Source: a virus (Duplodnaviria; Caudoviricetes). From it: a stretch of DNA of 44,564 nt. Below, one piece after another: positions 1-9,852 of this stretch. The stretch's first letter is position 1. Each line of letters starts with the position of its first letter. The position numbers and the translations under genes are program-made. The stretch spans positions 1 to 44,564 of IMG/VR virus record IMGVR_UViG_3300031655_000011; one strand, given 5' to 3'. Below the pieces are notes generated by a model, which made no database searches, had not been told where the DNA came from, and saw nothing but the letters and a program-made list of their open reading frames with translations.

Positions 1-141
1 AGTTCTCCTCAGTTGAAAGCTCTAAGACCCATTCATTATAGAGTTATATCGTTGCATCTGTCAGGGCTGAAGAATACAGATATATCTAGGCAGTTAAATA
101 TACATCAGCAGACAGTAGTAAATGTAGTGCATTCCCGTCTA
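1..141. repeat. Left copy of 141-bp terminal direct repeat (circular closure, probably assembly overlap)
   Basis: Identical to 44424-44564 except G at 15 vs A at 44438. Confidence 0.95.
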
Positions 142-387
142 GGGCGCGAGGCCATTGAAGGCGCAATGGAGAAGTATTATGATGAGTTTTATGAACTTGC
201 CCCGAAAGTAGTTAAGACAATTAGGCAAACACTTGATGATGATCAGAATCCAGATTTGCGGCTAAGAGCAGCTAGTATGTGGCTCAAGACTTCAGGCTGG
301 GAAGGTCGTAAAAAGAGTGTTCAAACTAGCGAGGATAAAGTAAAGAACATCCTCATACAAGCAAACAACGTACAATTAAATGGTTAA
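1..387 (+). CDS. terS: Terminase small subunit, 3' part (the gene starts at 44340 across the junction; about 156 aa)
   Basis: HTH-like SGLKNTDISRQLNIHQQTV; LRLRAASMWL helical region; upstream of terL; frame stays open through the terminal repeat back to ATG 44340. Confidence 0.7.
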   Translation, partial: SSPQLKALRPIHYRVISLHLSGLKNTDISRQLNIHQQTVVNVVHSRLGREAIEGAMEKYYDEFYELAPKVVKTIRQTLDDDQNPDLRLRAASMWLKTSGWEGRKKSVQTSEDKVKNILIQANNVQLNG

Positions 388-389
388 AT

Positions 390-890
390 ATGAGTGCATT
401 ATCTAGAGCATTAACTAAAATGAGTAGGTATTTAGGCAATCGTACTGTGTCTACTAGAGGCAAAGGTATGCCTAAAGGTACAGGTATGAAAAGAAGAGGT
501 TCAGTTACACATCTAAAAGGTGGGCAAAGAGTTTTACATAAAGAGGGAGGTGGCACGTCTTTTCTAAAAGGTCATTCTAAATTAGGGGTTAGACGAGGAA
601 CTAAGCTTGCAGGAGGCGCCGCAGGTGGCAGTGCAGTAGTAGCAAGTTTAGCCAATTCAGAGGGAGCGAAGCCAACTAAAACAAGTTCTGCGGTTTCAGC
701 GTTAAGAAAAGTTGGCAGTCAGCAAGGTATTAATAGCGACATATCTAAAATATCTAAGTCTGGGTATCATACATATAAAAAAGGAAGTAAGTCTGCAAAG
801 ATGTTTCAAAAAGGCTATCAAAACGCAAAGAAAAGTGGTGCTAAGTCATTTACGTGGGGCTTAACTGGGAAATCTTATAAAGTGGGATAA
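390..890 (+). CDS. Highly basic K/R/G/S-rich hypothetical protein
   Basis: 166-aa ORF coupled to terL by TAATG; almost no acidic residues. Confidence 0.75.
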   Translation: MSALSRALTKMSRYLGNRTVSTRGKGMPKGTGMKRRGSVTHLKGGQRVLHKEGGGTSFLKGHSKLGVRRGTKLAGGAAGGSAVVASLANSEGAKPTKTSSAVSALRKVGSQQGINSDISKISKSGYHTYKKGSKSAKMFQKGYQNAKKSGAKSFTWGLTGKSYKVG

Positions 891-2503
891 TGAACAATAG
901 ATGGCTTCCGGAGGATTATGGAACAACACATGCCGAAGCTATTGAGAAGTTTTTAAAAGTAAGTAATAAAAGTGGCTCGACTGTTAATTTTGTACCAAAT
1001 GATTCGCAACTTAGAGTACTTAGGAATTTAAGCGGTAGAGACATAGTACCGAAAGCAAGACAACAGGGCATATCAACTCTTTTCTTAGCTTGTTTCTTTT
1101 TAGATTGTCTTGTGTACGATAACTTGCGGTGCGTTGTGATAGCACATGATGCTGATTCAACTGAGCGGTTATTTCAAAGAGTGCGATTCTTTCTTGAGAA
1201 TTTTATAGGTGATGAGATTGAGACACTTAGTAGTACAAAGAGAGAGATTAGATTTGTAGCAACTGGCGCTACGTTTTACGTTGAGACTGCCGGGAATACT
1301 AAGTCAGGTAGATCTGGTACTATCAATCGATTACTGTGTAGCGAAGTTGCTTACTGGCCGGATCCTAAGGCGATGACAGCGGGTCTTTTGCAGAGTGTTC
1401 CGGCAGAGAACTCGTTAGTAGTATTTGAGTCAACTGGGAATGGGGCGCAGACATGGTACCACAGAAGATGTATCACAGCCGCTAATCCAAACTCTCAGTA
1501 TACTTTGCACTTCTTAAATTGGAAAGATTTTTCGGAGTACAAGCTTACGCTCAACAAGGATGAGGAAGAGATGGTATATTCTACTCTTGACGCATCCATG
1601 GAGGAACCAGAAGTCCTTGCTGAGCATAGTTTATCGGCTGGTCAATTAGCATGGCGACGTGAAAAGATAGATGAGATGGACGGAGACTTAGGTCTCTTTC
1701 GGCAAGAGTATCCACTAACATTAGAGGAATGCTTTAGAAGCCGAGGTCAATCATTCTTTCACAGAGTCTACTTTGAGGATATTGGTGATTACTGGGAAAC
1801 ACATGAAGAGTCTTTTAACCTTAATAGAGATACACGTCATCCTATTCCTAGTTACCATTATGTGTTGGGGGCTGATGTTAGTGGTGGTGTCGGTGGAGAT
1901 TATTCAGTCGTTGAAGTCTTATGTTTGGAAGAGAAGAGGCAAGTTGCAGAGTACGTTGATAACAACATAAGTCCTGATGCCTTCGCCGATATCTTAGTAT
2001 GGATTGGCAAAATGTATAACGATGCTTGGATTAATGTAGAGACTAATAACCATGGTGGTGTAACAGTCACAGAGCTTTTACCTAAGTACCCAAGGAATTG
2101 TATATTTAGCTCACCTACATTATCTAGTGCAGTATATGGAGTAGGTACTCAGACTACTAGATCAAGTAAGTTAAGTGTTATTGGGCTGTTAAGAAAGAAC
2201 CTAGCAGAAGGATTTGTAGTAGTTAGTGATTATCTAAGAGGAGAGCTTAGCTCTTTTATTGAACAACCTGTAAGTGATCTTTCAAGTAGACTGCAAGCAT
2301 CTGCGGGTACTCATGATGATGCAGTGATGGCTTTTGGAATGGCTAATGTGGCAAGAGTAAATTTTGAGGAATATCTTGCATACCAAGGAGAAGGTCTTAT
2401 TAAAGTGATAAACCCAAAGGCAGATTTTACTATGCGAGCTATCTTAGATGAAAAAAGAAACGGAGGATATCCTTGCAACTCAGGCTTACTAGAGTATAAC
2501 TAA
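890..2503 (+). CDS. terL: Terminase large subunit
   Basis: Walker A-like KARQQGIST, Walker B LLCSEVAYW, coupling motif FESTGNG, nuclease motifs GADVSGGVGGDYS, VETNNHG and HDDAVMA. Confidence 0.95.
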   Translation: MNNRWLPEDYGTTHAEAIEKFLKVSNKSGSTVNFVPNDSQLRVLRNLSGRDIVPKARQQGISTLFLACFFLDCLVYDNLRCVVIAHDADSTERLFQRVRFFLENFIGDEIETLSSTKREIRFVATGATFYVETAGNTKSGRSGTINRLLCSEVAYWPDPKAMTAGLLQSVPAENSLVVFESTGNGAQTWYHRRCITAANPNSQYTLHFLNWKDFSEYKLTLNKDEEEMVYSTLDASMEEPEVLAEHSLSAGQLAWRREKIDEMDGDLGLFRQEYPLTLEECFRSRGQSFFHRVYFEDIGDYWETHEESFNLNRDTRHPIPSYHYVLGADVSGGVGGDYSVVEVLCLEEKRQVAEYVDNNISPDAFADILVWIGKMYNDAWINVETNNHGGVTVTELLPKYPRNCIFSSPTLSSAVYGVGTQTTRSSKLSVIGLLRKNLAEGFVVVSDYLRGELSSFIEQPVSDLSSRLQASAGTHDDAVMAFGMANVARVNFEEYLAYQGEGLIKVINPKADFTMRAILDEKRNGGYPCNSGLLEYN

Positions 2504-2715
2504 TGAGTGGAACTTTAGTTAGAAAAAGTGCTAGTTATATGGTTAAAGCTTTGCAGGGTTTTGCTAAGAAGAAGAAACAAAAGTTACCTAAGAAAAGAAC
2601 TAGGTCAGAGCAAACTAGACTAGAACAGTTAGAGCAAGATTTTAAAGATAAGTGGAATGTGGGTAATGCTGAGATAAAACTTAGAAAACTTTTAGGACAT
2701 AAATACAGAAACTAA
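2503..2715 (+). CDS. Small basic hypothetical protein
   Basis: 70 aa, TAATG coupling, KKKKQKLPKKR. Confidence 0.65.
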   Translation: MSGTLVRKSASYMVKALQGFAKKKKQKLPKKRTRSEQTRLEQLEQDFKDKWNVGNAEIKLRKLLGHKYRN

Positions 2716-2716
2716 T

Positions 2717-3154
2717 ATGAGTGCTGGTTTAAAATTAACAAAAGCGGCTATCTTAGCTTTGCTCAAAAAGAAAAGAAAAGCTGGGCAACTTCTTGAGGCG
2801 GGCGCAAATCGAAAGAAAGGTACTTTAGAGAGAGCCCATTTAAAGCGAGACGGTGATGTACGAAGGATGCAAGGAACAGGGAATAAACCCCAAAAGCCAT
2901 CTGACAAAGAGAAGCAACGATTCCAGTCTAATGATATATTTATGGATGCTTTAGACCAAGGTGGAGCAAGCAAAGCTGTTGCAAACCTTCGTGCCAAGAA
3001 TAGAAAGCAAACACTTAGTCTAGCTAAAAGATACAAGAAAAAAGGCGGTAAACTTAGTGATTACAAAGGAAAGAATAAGGTATACGAAGAAGTGTCGGCT
3101 TTAAGAAAAGCAAAAGCAGAATATATAAGATTATATAAAAAAACAAATAAATGA
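2717..3154 (+). CDS. Lys/Arg-rich hypothetical protein
   Basis: 145 aa; fills the gap between neighbouring genes and overlaps the start of the next. Confidence 0.7.
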   Translation: MSAGLKLTKAAILALLKKKRKAGQLLEAGANRKKGTLERAHLKRDGDVRRMQGTGNKPQKPSDKEKQRFQSNDIFMDALDQGGASKAVANLRAKNRKQTLSLAKRYKKKGGKLSDYKGKNKVYEEVSALRKAKAEYIRLYKKTNK

Positions 3155-4236
3155 ATGTTCTATTTCTCAGTTGTGGGCAAGGTCTAAGCTTAGCTTCTAG
3201 ATTGGCACAAGAGGGTCATAACGTCAAGACGTTTATACATAATGACGAGGCGAATACTGGGGCTGGCATCTATGATAGAATATCTTCGTGGAAACCTTAT
3301 GTAAATAACTCAGATCTTGTTATTGCAGATGATCCTTATTTTGGCTACAGAGAAAGTAGATTCGAGAAAGCACCTACACAAGTATTAGGTATCAGTAAGT
3401 TTTTTACAGCAGGTAATCAGAACGCTGATAACAAAGTTGCTTTAATGAAACTAACTGGGCTAGAGTTATCTCCGAAACGTCCAGACTATTACATAGAAGC
3501 ATGGTGGAATGGACGTAAGTGGTGTACTCCTTACATACAGTTAAGCTATCACTGGAATCTTATATCAGAAACTCTAGGTCCTAGACTTGGTCCTATGTGT
3601 ACTGTAGCTAAGACTGTGCTAGATTTACCACAAGCTATATTTGAGGGATTACGAAATCTAAAGCCTATCTTTGAGCAGAACAGGTATAGAGGCCCTGTAA
3701 GACTAGGATTCGACGGTCGAAAATTGGCAGATATGCACGTTGGGTTCTCCTTTGATAGCACAGAAATATTTTTAGAAGGAATGCAACAAGATCCGTTAGA
3801 CATACTAATTGAGCTGGCGGGAGGCGTTAGATCAGATCTTAATATGATTGATGATGTATATGTTTCTATGCGGTTGCAACGAATTGGATGGCCTACTACA
3901 AAAGATCATGAGATTAAAGGTTTGTTTGAAGCTAACATAAAGCATTGTGGTTTAGTTAATGTTAAGTATGAGAAAGAGCGGTACTATGCAACACAGACGT
4001 TTGGACCGATACTTAAAGTAACAGCTAGAGGTGAGACTTCAAAGAATGCTTTTACTAGATGTGCCAGAACACTAAGAAATTTAACACTACAAGATGCGGT
4101 GTATCGAAGTGATTTACTAGATACATATAAAACTAAAGATTACCCAAAGTTTAATGAGATAGCGAAGACATGGAAGGATACCAAAGCGGTAGGCCCGACG
4201 TTGGCTGGTGGGAAGACCAAATCAATGCAGGCATAA
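3151..4236 (+). CDS. PurD/GAR-synthetase-like ATP-grasp-fold protein, degenerate
   Basis: N-terminus GLSLASRLAQEGHNVKTF, EAWWNG, LGPRLGPM, YRGPV, ILKVTARG and YRSDL follow the PurD-like layout; catalytic motifs are altered. Confidence 0.7.
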   Translation: MNVLFLSCGQGLSLASRLAQEGHNVKTFIHNDEANTGAGIYDRISSWKPYVNNSDLVIADDPYFGYRESRFEKAPTQVLGISKFFTAGNQNADNKVALMKLTGLELSPKRPDYYIEAWWNGRKWCTPYIQLSYHWNLISETLGPRLGPMCTVAKTVLDLPQAIFEGLRNLKPIFEQNRYRGPVRLGFDGRKLADMHVGFSFDSTEIFLEGMQQDPLDILIELAGGVRSDLNMIDDVYVSMRLQRIGWPTTKDHEIKGLFEANIKHCGLVNVKYEKERYYATQTFGPILKVTARGETSKNAFTRCARTLRNLTLQDAVYRSDLLDTYKTKDYPKFNEIAKTWKDTKAVGPTLAGGKTKSMQA

Positions 4237-5843
4237 AGTACCGAGAAAATTGGACAAGTGAAGCTAAGTGGCCGATGTGGCAAGCATTCTACAGAGGTGA
4301 CTATCACGAATCTATTTTACCTAAAAATGTTATCTTTATGATGCTTAGGATGATGACTCCTAGGATTTACTTTCGTAATCCAGGAATATCAATAACTCCT
4401 AAGAAGCCAGGTCAAGAGGCTACTGCTGTTGCAAAGATCATGGAGCGTGTGTCTAATCAAATGATGATACACATGAATGTTAAGGTCGAGAGTAAGAGGC
4501 AAGTACAGAATGCTTTCTTCTGTGGGACAGGCATAGGTAAGTTTGGCTTTGGGGCTGAGCATAGTCCGACACCTGATGAAGAAGGTACTTTTGCTCCCAT
4601 CACTAGATCGGGAGGCAAAGTTGAGTTTACACAAGGTATTATGGATAACATGCCCTGGTATAGAACACTTGACACAGGTAACTTTGTTGTGCCTTGGGGT
4701 ACTGATCGATGGGAAAACACATGGTTTGTAGCAGAGAAGATTAGTAGACATGTAGATGATGTTGTCAATGACACAAGACTATCGCATAGAAAAGAGATAC
4801 AGGATAGAGCTTATAAGAATAGAAAGAATTATCAGACACCATTCTCTGAGACTATTACAAACAACCCTAGAGAGACGGTAGATTTATGGGAAGTAAGAGA
4901 CAAGAGATCTGGTAAAGTATTTATAATAGCTCCAACAGTTACAGACAAAGTGCTGTATTATAATGATGATGAGTTGCAAGTTAATAATGGTTTACCTTAT
5001 TTTCCAATAACATTTAATCCAGATAATGATTGTTTTTGGGGTATACCAGATATAAAAATCTTAGAGCCTTTTCAGCGTGAGATTAATGAGATTAAGACGC
5101 AGATGATGAGGCATAGACGATTGTCTATTGTTAAGTTTATTGCAACAGCAACGGCTATTAGTGAAGATGAGGCAGCCAAATTACTTGATGAAGACGGACC
5201 CGGTCTAGTTAGGGTTCTAGATATAAACGGGATCAAGAATATTGAGGTAGCTCCAATTCCTGATAGCCTTCATAAAGCTGAAGACAGAATAATGACTGAT
5301 GTGCGTGAGATTATGGGTATGTCTCGCAACGAGTCAGGCTCATTTGGAGAGGGATCAGCCGATAGAACAGCAACAGAAGTAAAAGCTATTAGAGAAGCCG
5401 CAAGTATTCGAGAAGATGAACGAAGAGATTCTATTGCAGATGCTCATGTAGGTATGGTACGTCTGATGCACGAAGTTATATATAAGTATTGGTCTGAAGA
5501 GCAGGTAGTACAGGTAGTAGGTCCAGATCAACTGCCAGTGTGGGTATCTTTTGTGGGAAGAGAACTTGCCGGATATAAGTTCTTTATTAAGATAGATCCA
5601 GATCAGTCTGTTAGTGAGACAAAAGGTATCAGAGAAGACAGAGCGCAAAGAATGTATGGTTTGCTAAAAGATAACCCTCTAGTCGATGCTACTAAATTAA
5701 CTAAATACCTATTAGACAATATGATTGGAGTTCAGTTTGATGATATGCTTCAGCCCCAAGAGGGTGCCGGAGGTAGTCAAGAGAATCCAATGCCAATAGG
5801 TCAATTTGCACAAATGCAACAGCCAGGAGCCGGAAATGCGTAG
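4170..5843 (+). CDS. Portal protein (P22/podovirus-like)
   Basis: 557 aa after terminase; FWGIPDIKILEPFQREIN and RTATEV portal-type motifs; Q-rich C-terminus. Confidence 0.9.
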   Translation: MEGYQSGRPDVGWWEDQINAGIKYRENWTSEAKWPMWQAFYRGDYHESILPKNVIFMMLRMMTPRIYFRNPGISITPKKPGQEATAVAKIMERVSNQMMIHMNVKVESKRQVQNAFFCGTGIGKFGFGAEHSPTPDEEGTFAPITRSGGKVEFTQGIMDNMPWYRTLDTGNFVVPWGTDRWENTWFVAEKISRHVDDVVNDTRLSHRKEIQDRAYKNRKNYQTPFSETITNNPRETVDLWEVRDKRSGKVFIIAPTVTDKVLYYNDDELQVNNGLPYFPITFNPDNDCFWGIPDIKILEPFQREINEIKTQMMRHRRLSIVKFIATATAISEDEAAKLLDEDGPGLVRVLDINGIKNIEVAPIPDSLHKAEDRIMTDVREIMGMSRNESGSFGEGSADRTATEVKAIREAASIREDERRDSIADAHVGMVRLMHEVIYKYWSEEQVVQVVGPDQLPVWVSFVGRELAGYKFFIKIDPDQSVSETKGIREDRAQRMYGLLKDNPLVDATKLTKYLLDNMIGVQFDDMLQPQEGAGGSQENPMPIGQFAQMQQPGAGNA

Positions 5844-6060
5844 ATATAAAGGACAACACAAAAAGAGCCATAAAACAACAGCAAGGTCACATTTGCATAG
5901 TTTTCGTAGTTCATCTCATGCGGTTGCGTGGAATGATCCGATCTCTAATGTAGTGAAAGAAAAAGCCGCTGAACAACTAGAAGCTATTAAGGCTTTTACA
6001 AAAGTAGCAACAAAGACGGTAGAGAAAGTAACTAAAGCTAATCATAAAAAAGGTAAGTAA
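5836..6060 (+). CDS. Small His/Lys-rich hypothetical protein
   Basis: AGGAG upstream of ATG 5836; TAATG-coupled to the next gene. Confidence 0.6.
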   Translation: MRRYKGQHKKSHKTTARSHLHSFRSSSHAVAWNDPISNVVKEKAAEQLEAIKAFTKVATKTVEKVTKANHKKGK

Positions 6061-6461
6061 TGGCTAGTCCTGAAGCAGTTCAAATGCTAAAAGAACTTCA
6101 CGCTATGGCAGATCCTAATCGTGTGAATGACGAGAAAGATGTTGGCGCAGTGATGGAGTCTCAATATGCCTACTTCAGGGCGTTAAAGCAATTAGCACAG
6201 CAAGATCCAGAGTTAGAGCAACGTATACCAGAGTATATCAATAATAACTTTGAGATAGCAAATGATGCTAGTAGCATGGGCATTAAGTCTGGTAAACTCA
6301 AAAGCTTTCTTGATGAGAGAGGCACAGAGACTCTACAGCAGATAGCGCAAGAAGCGGATGCTAAGCAAATACAGCAAATGCAAATGCAACAACAGCACCA
6401 GCAACAACAGCAAATGATGGCGCAAGTACCTGAGATGATGTCACAAGGGAGTTTGCGATAA
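6060..6461 (+). CDS. Hypothetical protein with Gln-rich C-terminus
   Basis: 133-aa ORF, TAATG-coupled at both ends. Confidence 0.75.
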   Translation: MASPEAVQMLKELHAMADPNRVNDEKDVGAVMESQYAYFRALKQLAQQDPELEQRIPEYINNNFEIANDASSMGIKSGKLKSFLDERGTETLQQIAQEADAKQIQQMQMQQQHQQQQQMMAQVPEMMSQGSLR

Positions 6462-6979
6462 TGCATCCTCAAAAATCAGCATTTAATAACAAGGAAACAA
6501 AAAGCTCTGAGCTAGTTAAGAAAGGTAATAAGATAGGAGCTAAATCTGGTTCTACTGCTGTTAAAGCTCTTAAAACATTAGGAAAATTTATGTGGAGCGC
6601 CCCAGCTATTGAGTCAGCATTTTTTCTTGAGTCAAAGGTAGCAGGTACAGATAGATTTGGCAGAGCATTAGATACTCCTGATGGATATAAGAAAGCTTTA
6701 AAAGATGATGAATTCTCTAAGTATTACTTAAAGCATGGCTCATTTCCAACAGCAATTGCCTCAGATACTGTTAATGAGGGTGCTGTTATGCATCAAATAG
6801 AATCAAAGATTAGGCAGAATAGAATGGCTCAGTTAATACGAGGAGAAGCTGGTAACAAAGAAGCAACACCAGAGCAGTTAGAGCTAGAGAAAGAACATAA
6901 TGATTTTTTGAGCCAGTATGGATCTCAGCATGGTGATGAAAATGCTAATAAACCAATTCAATCAATATTTGATTTATAA
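6461..6979 (+). CDS. Hypothetical protein
   Basis: 172-aa ORF, TAATG-coupled. Confidence 0.75.
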   Translation: MHPQKSAFNNKETKSSELVKKGNKIGAKSGSTAVKALKTLGKFMWSAPAIESAFFLESKVAGTDRFGRALDTPDGYKKALKDDEFSKYYLKHGSFPTAIASDTVNEGAVMHQIESKIRQNRMAQLIRGEAGNKEATPEQLELEKEHNDFLSQYGSQHGDENANKPIQSIFDL

Positions 6980-7000
6980 AGAGAGGAGGGGATCTTATTA

Positions 7001-7288
7001 ATGCCATCTTATGATTATCATTGTCAAGGCTGTGACAACGTAGAAGAACGATTCGTTTCCTATACAGAAAGAAACGAACAAAGTTGTTTGGAGTGTGCAG
7101 ATACTCTAACCATCGCTTGGGTGAAATCCCAAGCACCTGTTATCTTCCGAGAGGATAATTATCAAATTGGTGTCGACAGCAGAGCCGGCACTCAGATCTC
7201 ATCTAAGCGGCAATTGCTTGATCAGATAAAGTATGCAAACGATAGTAATCCAAACCCAGTAACTTTTGCAAGTGAATTTTATGGATAG
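7001..7288 (+). CDS. FmdB-family zinc-ribbon protein
   Basis: MPSYDYHCQGC...CLEC signature; AGGAGG RBS. Confidence 0.85.
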   Translation: MPSYDYHCQGCDNVEERFVSYTERNEQSCLECADTLTIAWVKSQAPVIFREDNYQIGVDSRAGTQISSKRQLLDQIKYANDSNPNPVTFASEFYG

Positions 7289-7523
7289 TAAAAAAGTAGT
7301 AAACGATCAAGAGAACATCAAAAGGTTGAAAGAGGCTGAGAATAAACCTCCTTTTGCCACTATTAATGTCATATATACACCAATAGGTGGTGGCTATAAT
7401 CTTGATATTAAGTGCAGTAACGCACACCTGATTGGAACCGGCAGATCTGAGAGGATCGCTAGTAAAATTAGAAAAGAAGTACACCGTCAACGGTACCATC
7501 AAATGGCACCTGAGGCACTCTAG
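7281..7523 (+). CDS. Hypothetical protein
   Basis: ORF between FmdB-like gene and scaffold; start uncertain (7266 or 7281). Confidence 0.6.
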   Translation: MDSKKVVNDQENIKRLKEAENKPPFATINVIYTPIGGGYNLDIKCSNAHLIGTGRSERIASKIRKEVHRQRYHQMAPEAL

Positions 7524-7536
7524 ATAGGAGAACAAA

Positions 7537-8232
7537 ATGGCTGAAGAAGCACAAGGAACACCTTCGATGGGTGAATTAATGCAGTTAGTACAACAGCAAG
7601 GGCAACAAATCGCGTCATTGAGTACGCAGTTAGAGTCCGCTGGAGAACAAATGACTGCCTATACTGATGCATTGTCGCAGGATCAAGAGTATGAACCTGA
7701 CAACGCGCAAATGTCTGAAGAGGAATTAGAAAGTATGACAAATGCACAGCTAATGGGCCACATTGAACAACGTGTGGGCAATGCTATTCAAAACGCAGTA
7801 GGTTCAGCAATGGAGCCGGTAAGTAATGATCTTGCCGCAACTCAGCAGTATATGCAGAATAATAATGTTAATTCGGAGATTAATCGGATGTCTAATCTTC
7901 ATACAGACTTTCAGCCTTTGGCGAATGATATTGCAGATATTATTCAACAGAGATCCAATAACGGTTATAACATCTCAATGGAAGATGCTTACCATATTGC
8001 AAGAGCTGAACATCCAGATAAGGTTGCGAGTATCCAGAAAGAGCTTAGTCCACAAACACCTTCATTGGGAGGAGGTTTGTTACCGACAAGCAAAATGATT
8101 GGTGAAACAGGCGAGGGCCAAGATATGGGCTTTGACGAGGCAATGCAAAGAGCTTTTCAAGAAGAGGTCACAGATCAAGGCTTAAATAATCTATTCGATG
8201 AATCTGGAATAGCTATATCAGAATCATCATAA
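7537..8232 (+). CDS. Capsid scaffolding protein (putative)
   Basis: Acidic, coiled-coil, ISMEDAYHIA motif; directly before capsid gene; AGGAG RBS. Confidence 0.75.
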   Translation: MAEEAQGTPSMGELMQLVQQQGQQIASLSTQLESAGEQMTAYTDALSQDQEYEPDNAQMSEEELESMTNAQLMGHIEQRVGNAIQNAVGSAMEPVSNDLAATQQYMQNNNVNSEINRMSNLHTDFQPLANDIADIIQQRSNNGYNISMEDAYHIARAEHPDKVASIQKELSPQTPSLGGGLLPTSKMIGETGEGQDMGFDEAMQRAFQEEVTDQGLNNLFDESGIAISESS

Positions 8233-8252
8233 CTTTAATAATAAGGTAAATT

Positions 8253-9359
8253 ATGGCTACTGTTCGTTCAAGAACTGAGGCGTTAGACAGCTTGGCTGTC
8301 AGCACATGGCGCCACATGAAGCAACGAATTGCCGATCAAGTATTTAATGAAGTAGTATTCTTCGCATACTTGAAAAGTAAAGGTAAGTTGCAGACCCATC
8401 AAGGTGGGAAATACATAGAAACTCCGGTTTCTTATGCAGAAAATGATACGGTTGGTTGGATTTCAGACCAAGATGCGGTTAATATAAATGATATTGATCC
8501 GCTAACGACTGCTGAGTATGATTGGCGTTATCTAGTAGCTTCGGTTACTCGTTCGCAAATTGAAGAGCAGAAGAACCGTGGTAAGATGCAGATCATTAAT
8601 CTGCTGAAACATAAGATGGAAGTGGCACAGAATTCACTTGTCAAAGAGATTGAATCTAGACTCTATAGTGGGTCAGATGCAACTGGCAAGGCGATGGAAG
8701 GGCTACAACATCTAATTCAAGATGATCCAACTTCAAGCACAACAGTTGGTAAAATCAATCAAAGCACAAGTTCATGGTGGCGTAATAAAACGCTAAACTA
8801 TGGTACTAATGCTAACTTTGGTAATAATGACAGCCGATCATCTGCTGGTGCCAATGTGTTTGGTGCGGCTCACGCATCCGGTCCTGATAAAGGAATTGTT
8901 GCAATGCGAGAGATGAAGGACACTTGTTCTAAGTCTCTTGGTAATGAACGTCCTGACATTATCTTGACTGACTATAATATTTATCGTGCGTATAACGCCT
9001 CGATAGATGATCACTTGCGTATTGTAACACAGAAGGTTGGTGACCTTAGTTTTCAGACACTTACGTTTGAAGGCTTGCCCATTCTTCCATCGGATAATTG
9101 CCCGAAAGATACGTCAAGTTCTCTCACAAACGGAACATTTACAGCTACTAATCCTGGTAGTCGTATCTATATGCTTGATACAGATCATATCTATGCTTAT
9201 TATGATCCAGGCATGTATTTCGACATGACAGAATGGAAGCCTGTTCCTAATCAATTGAAGCGCGCGGCTCAGATAGTTACAGCAATGAATATGATTGCTT
9301 GTAGCCGTCGGTCAAGTGCTGTAATACACAACTGCTTCACGGCAGCTGAAGGTTCATAA
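8253..9359 (+). CDS. Major capsid protein (HK97 fold)
   Basis: 368 aa; GGKYIETPV, AEYDWRYLVASV, PDIILTD, LSFQTLTFEGLPI and IYMLDTD capsid-type motifs. Confidence 0.9.
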   Translation: MATVRSRTEALDSLAVSTWRHMKQRIADQVFNEVVFFAYLKSKGKLQTHQGGKYIETPVSYAENDTVGWISDQDAVNINDIDPLTTAEYDWRYLVASVTRSQIEEQKNRGKMQIINLLKHKMEVAQNSLVKEIESRLYSGSDATGKAMEGLQHLIQDDPTSSTTVGKINQSTSSWWRNKTLNYGTNANFGNNDSRSSAGANVFGAAHASGPDKGIVAMREMKDTCSKSLGNERPDIILTDYNIYRAYNASIDDHLRIVTQKVGDLSFQTLTFEGLPILPSDNCPKDTSSSLTNGTFTATNPGSRIYMLDTDHIYAYYDPGMYFDMTEWKPVPNQLKRAAQIVTAMNMIACSRRSSAVIHNCFTAAEGS

Positions 9360-9368
9360 GGAGTAATT

Positions 9369-9845
9369 ATGGCGAACACATATACCCTAGACGACAAGGG
9401 TCAAAAAGTCGTATGGTCGGGTGCTGTTACTGATGTGCATACTAATCAGAAAGAAGTCATTGGTTCGACTCGCTTTCATGGTATGAAAACATATCGGTAT
9501 CATAAATTCGATCAAGGGGCTATAGCCGCTGTAGCTGGCAAGCTTGTCATGTTTAAAGCTACCACTCAGGATCTTGTTACATCCGATACGAGTGCTGGCG
9601 ATACAACACCAGTAGCCGCAGGACTATTAGTTTCTGTGCCTGCTGATGGGCAATTTTGTTGGGTACAGACACGTGGTCCGGCTACAGTTAACCTAGCACT
9701 AGCAGGCAATGCCGCAGATGGGGATGGTCTCATTGCGGGGACAGATGGTGCTCTTACCATTCAGACAGCAGGTTCAATCGTTCCACCTTGTGCAGTAGCG
9801 TCAGATGCTAGTGCTAAGATGGTTTGGATGAACTGCGTAATGTAA
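9369..9845 (+). CDS. Capsid decoration/cement protein (putative)
   Basis: A/G/T-rich beta protein after capsid; GQFCWVQTRG motif. Confidence 0.65.
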   Translation: MANTYTLDDKGQKVVWSGAVTDVHTNQKEVIGSTRFHGMKTYRYHKFDQGAIAAVAGKLVMFKATTQDLVTSDTSAGDTTPVAAGLLVSVPADGQFCWVQTRGPATVNLALAGNAADGDGLIAGTDGALTIQTAGSIVPPCAVASDASAKMVWMNCVM

Positions 9846-9852
9846 GGAACCA

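Noticed and set aside
3151-4236. Functional purD auxiliary metabolic gene or PurZ-type Z-genome system
   Set aside because: Catalytic motifs and lid domain missing; no PurA/PurZ, dATPase or MazG-like gene seen
6170-6472. Cys-rich minus-strand ORF (CCCCWCCCC)
   Set aside because: Antisense shadow of the CAA/CAG poly-Gln codons of 6060-6461
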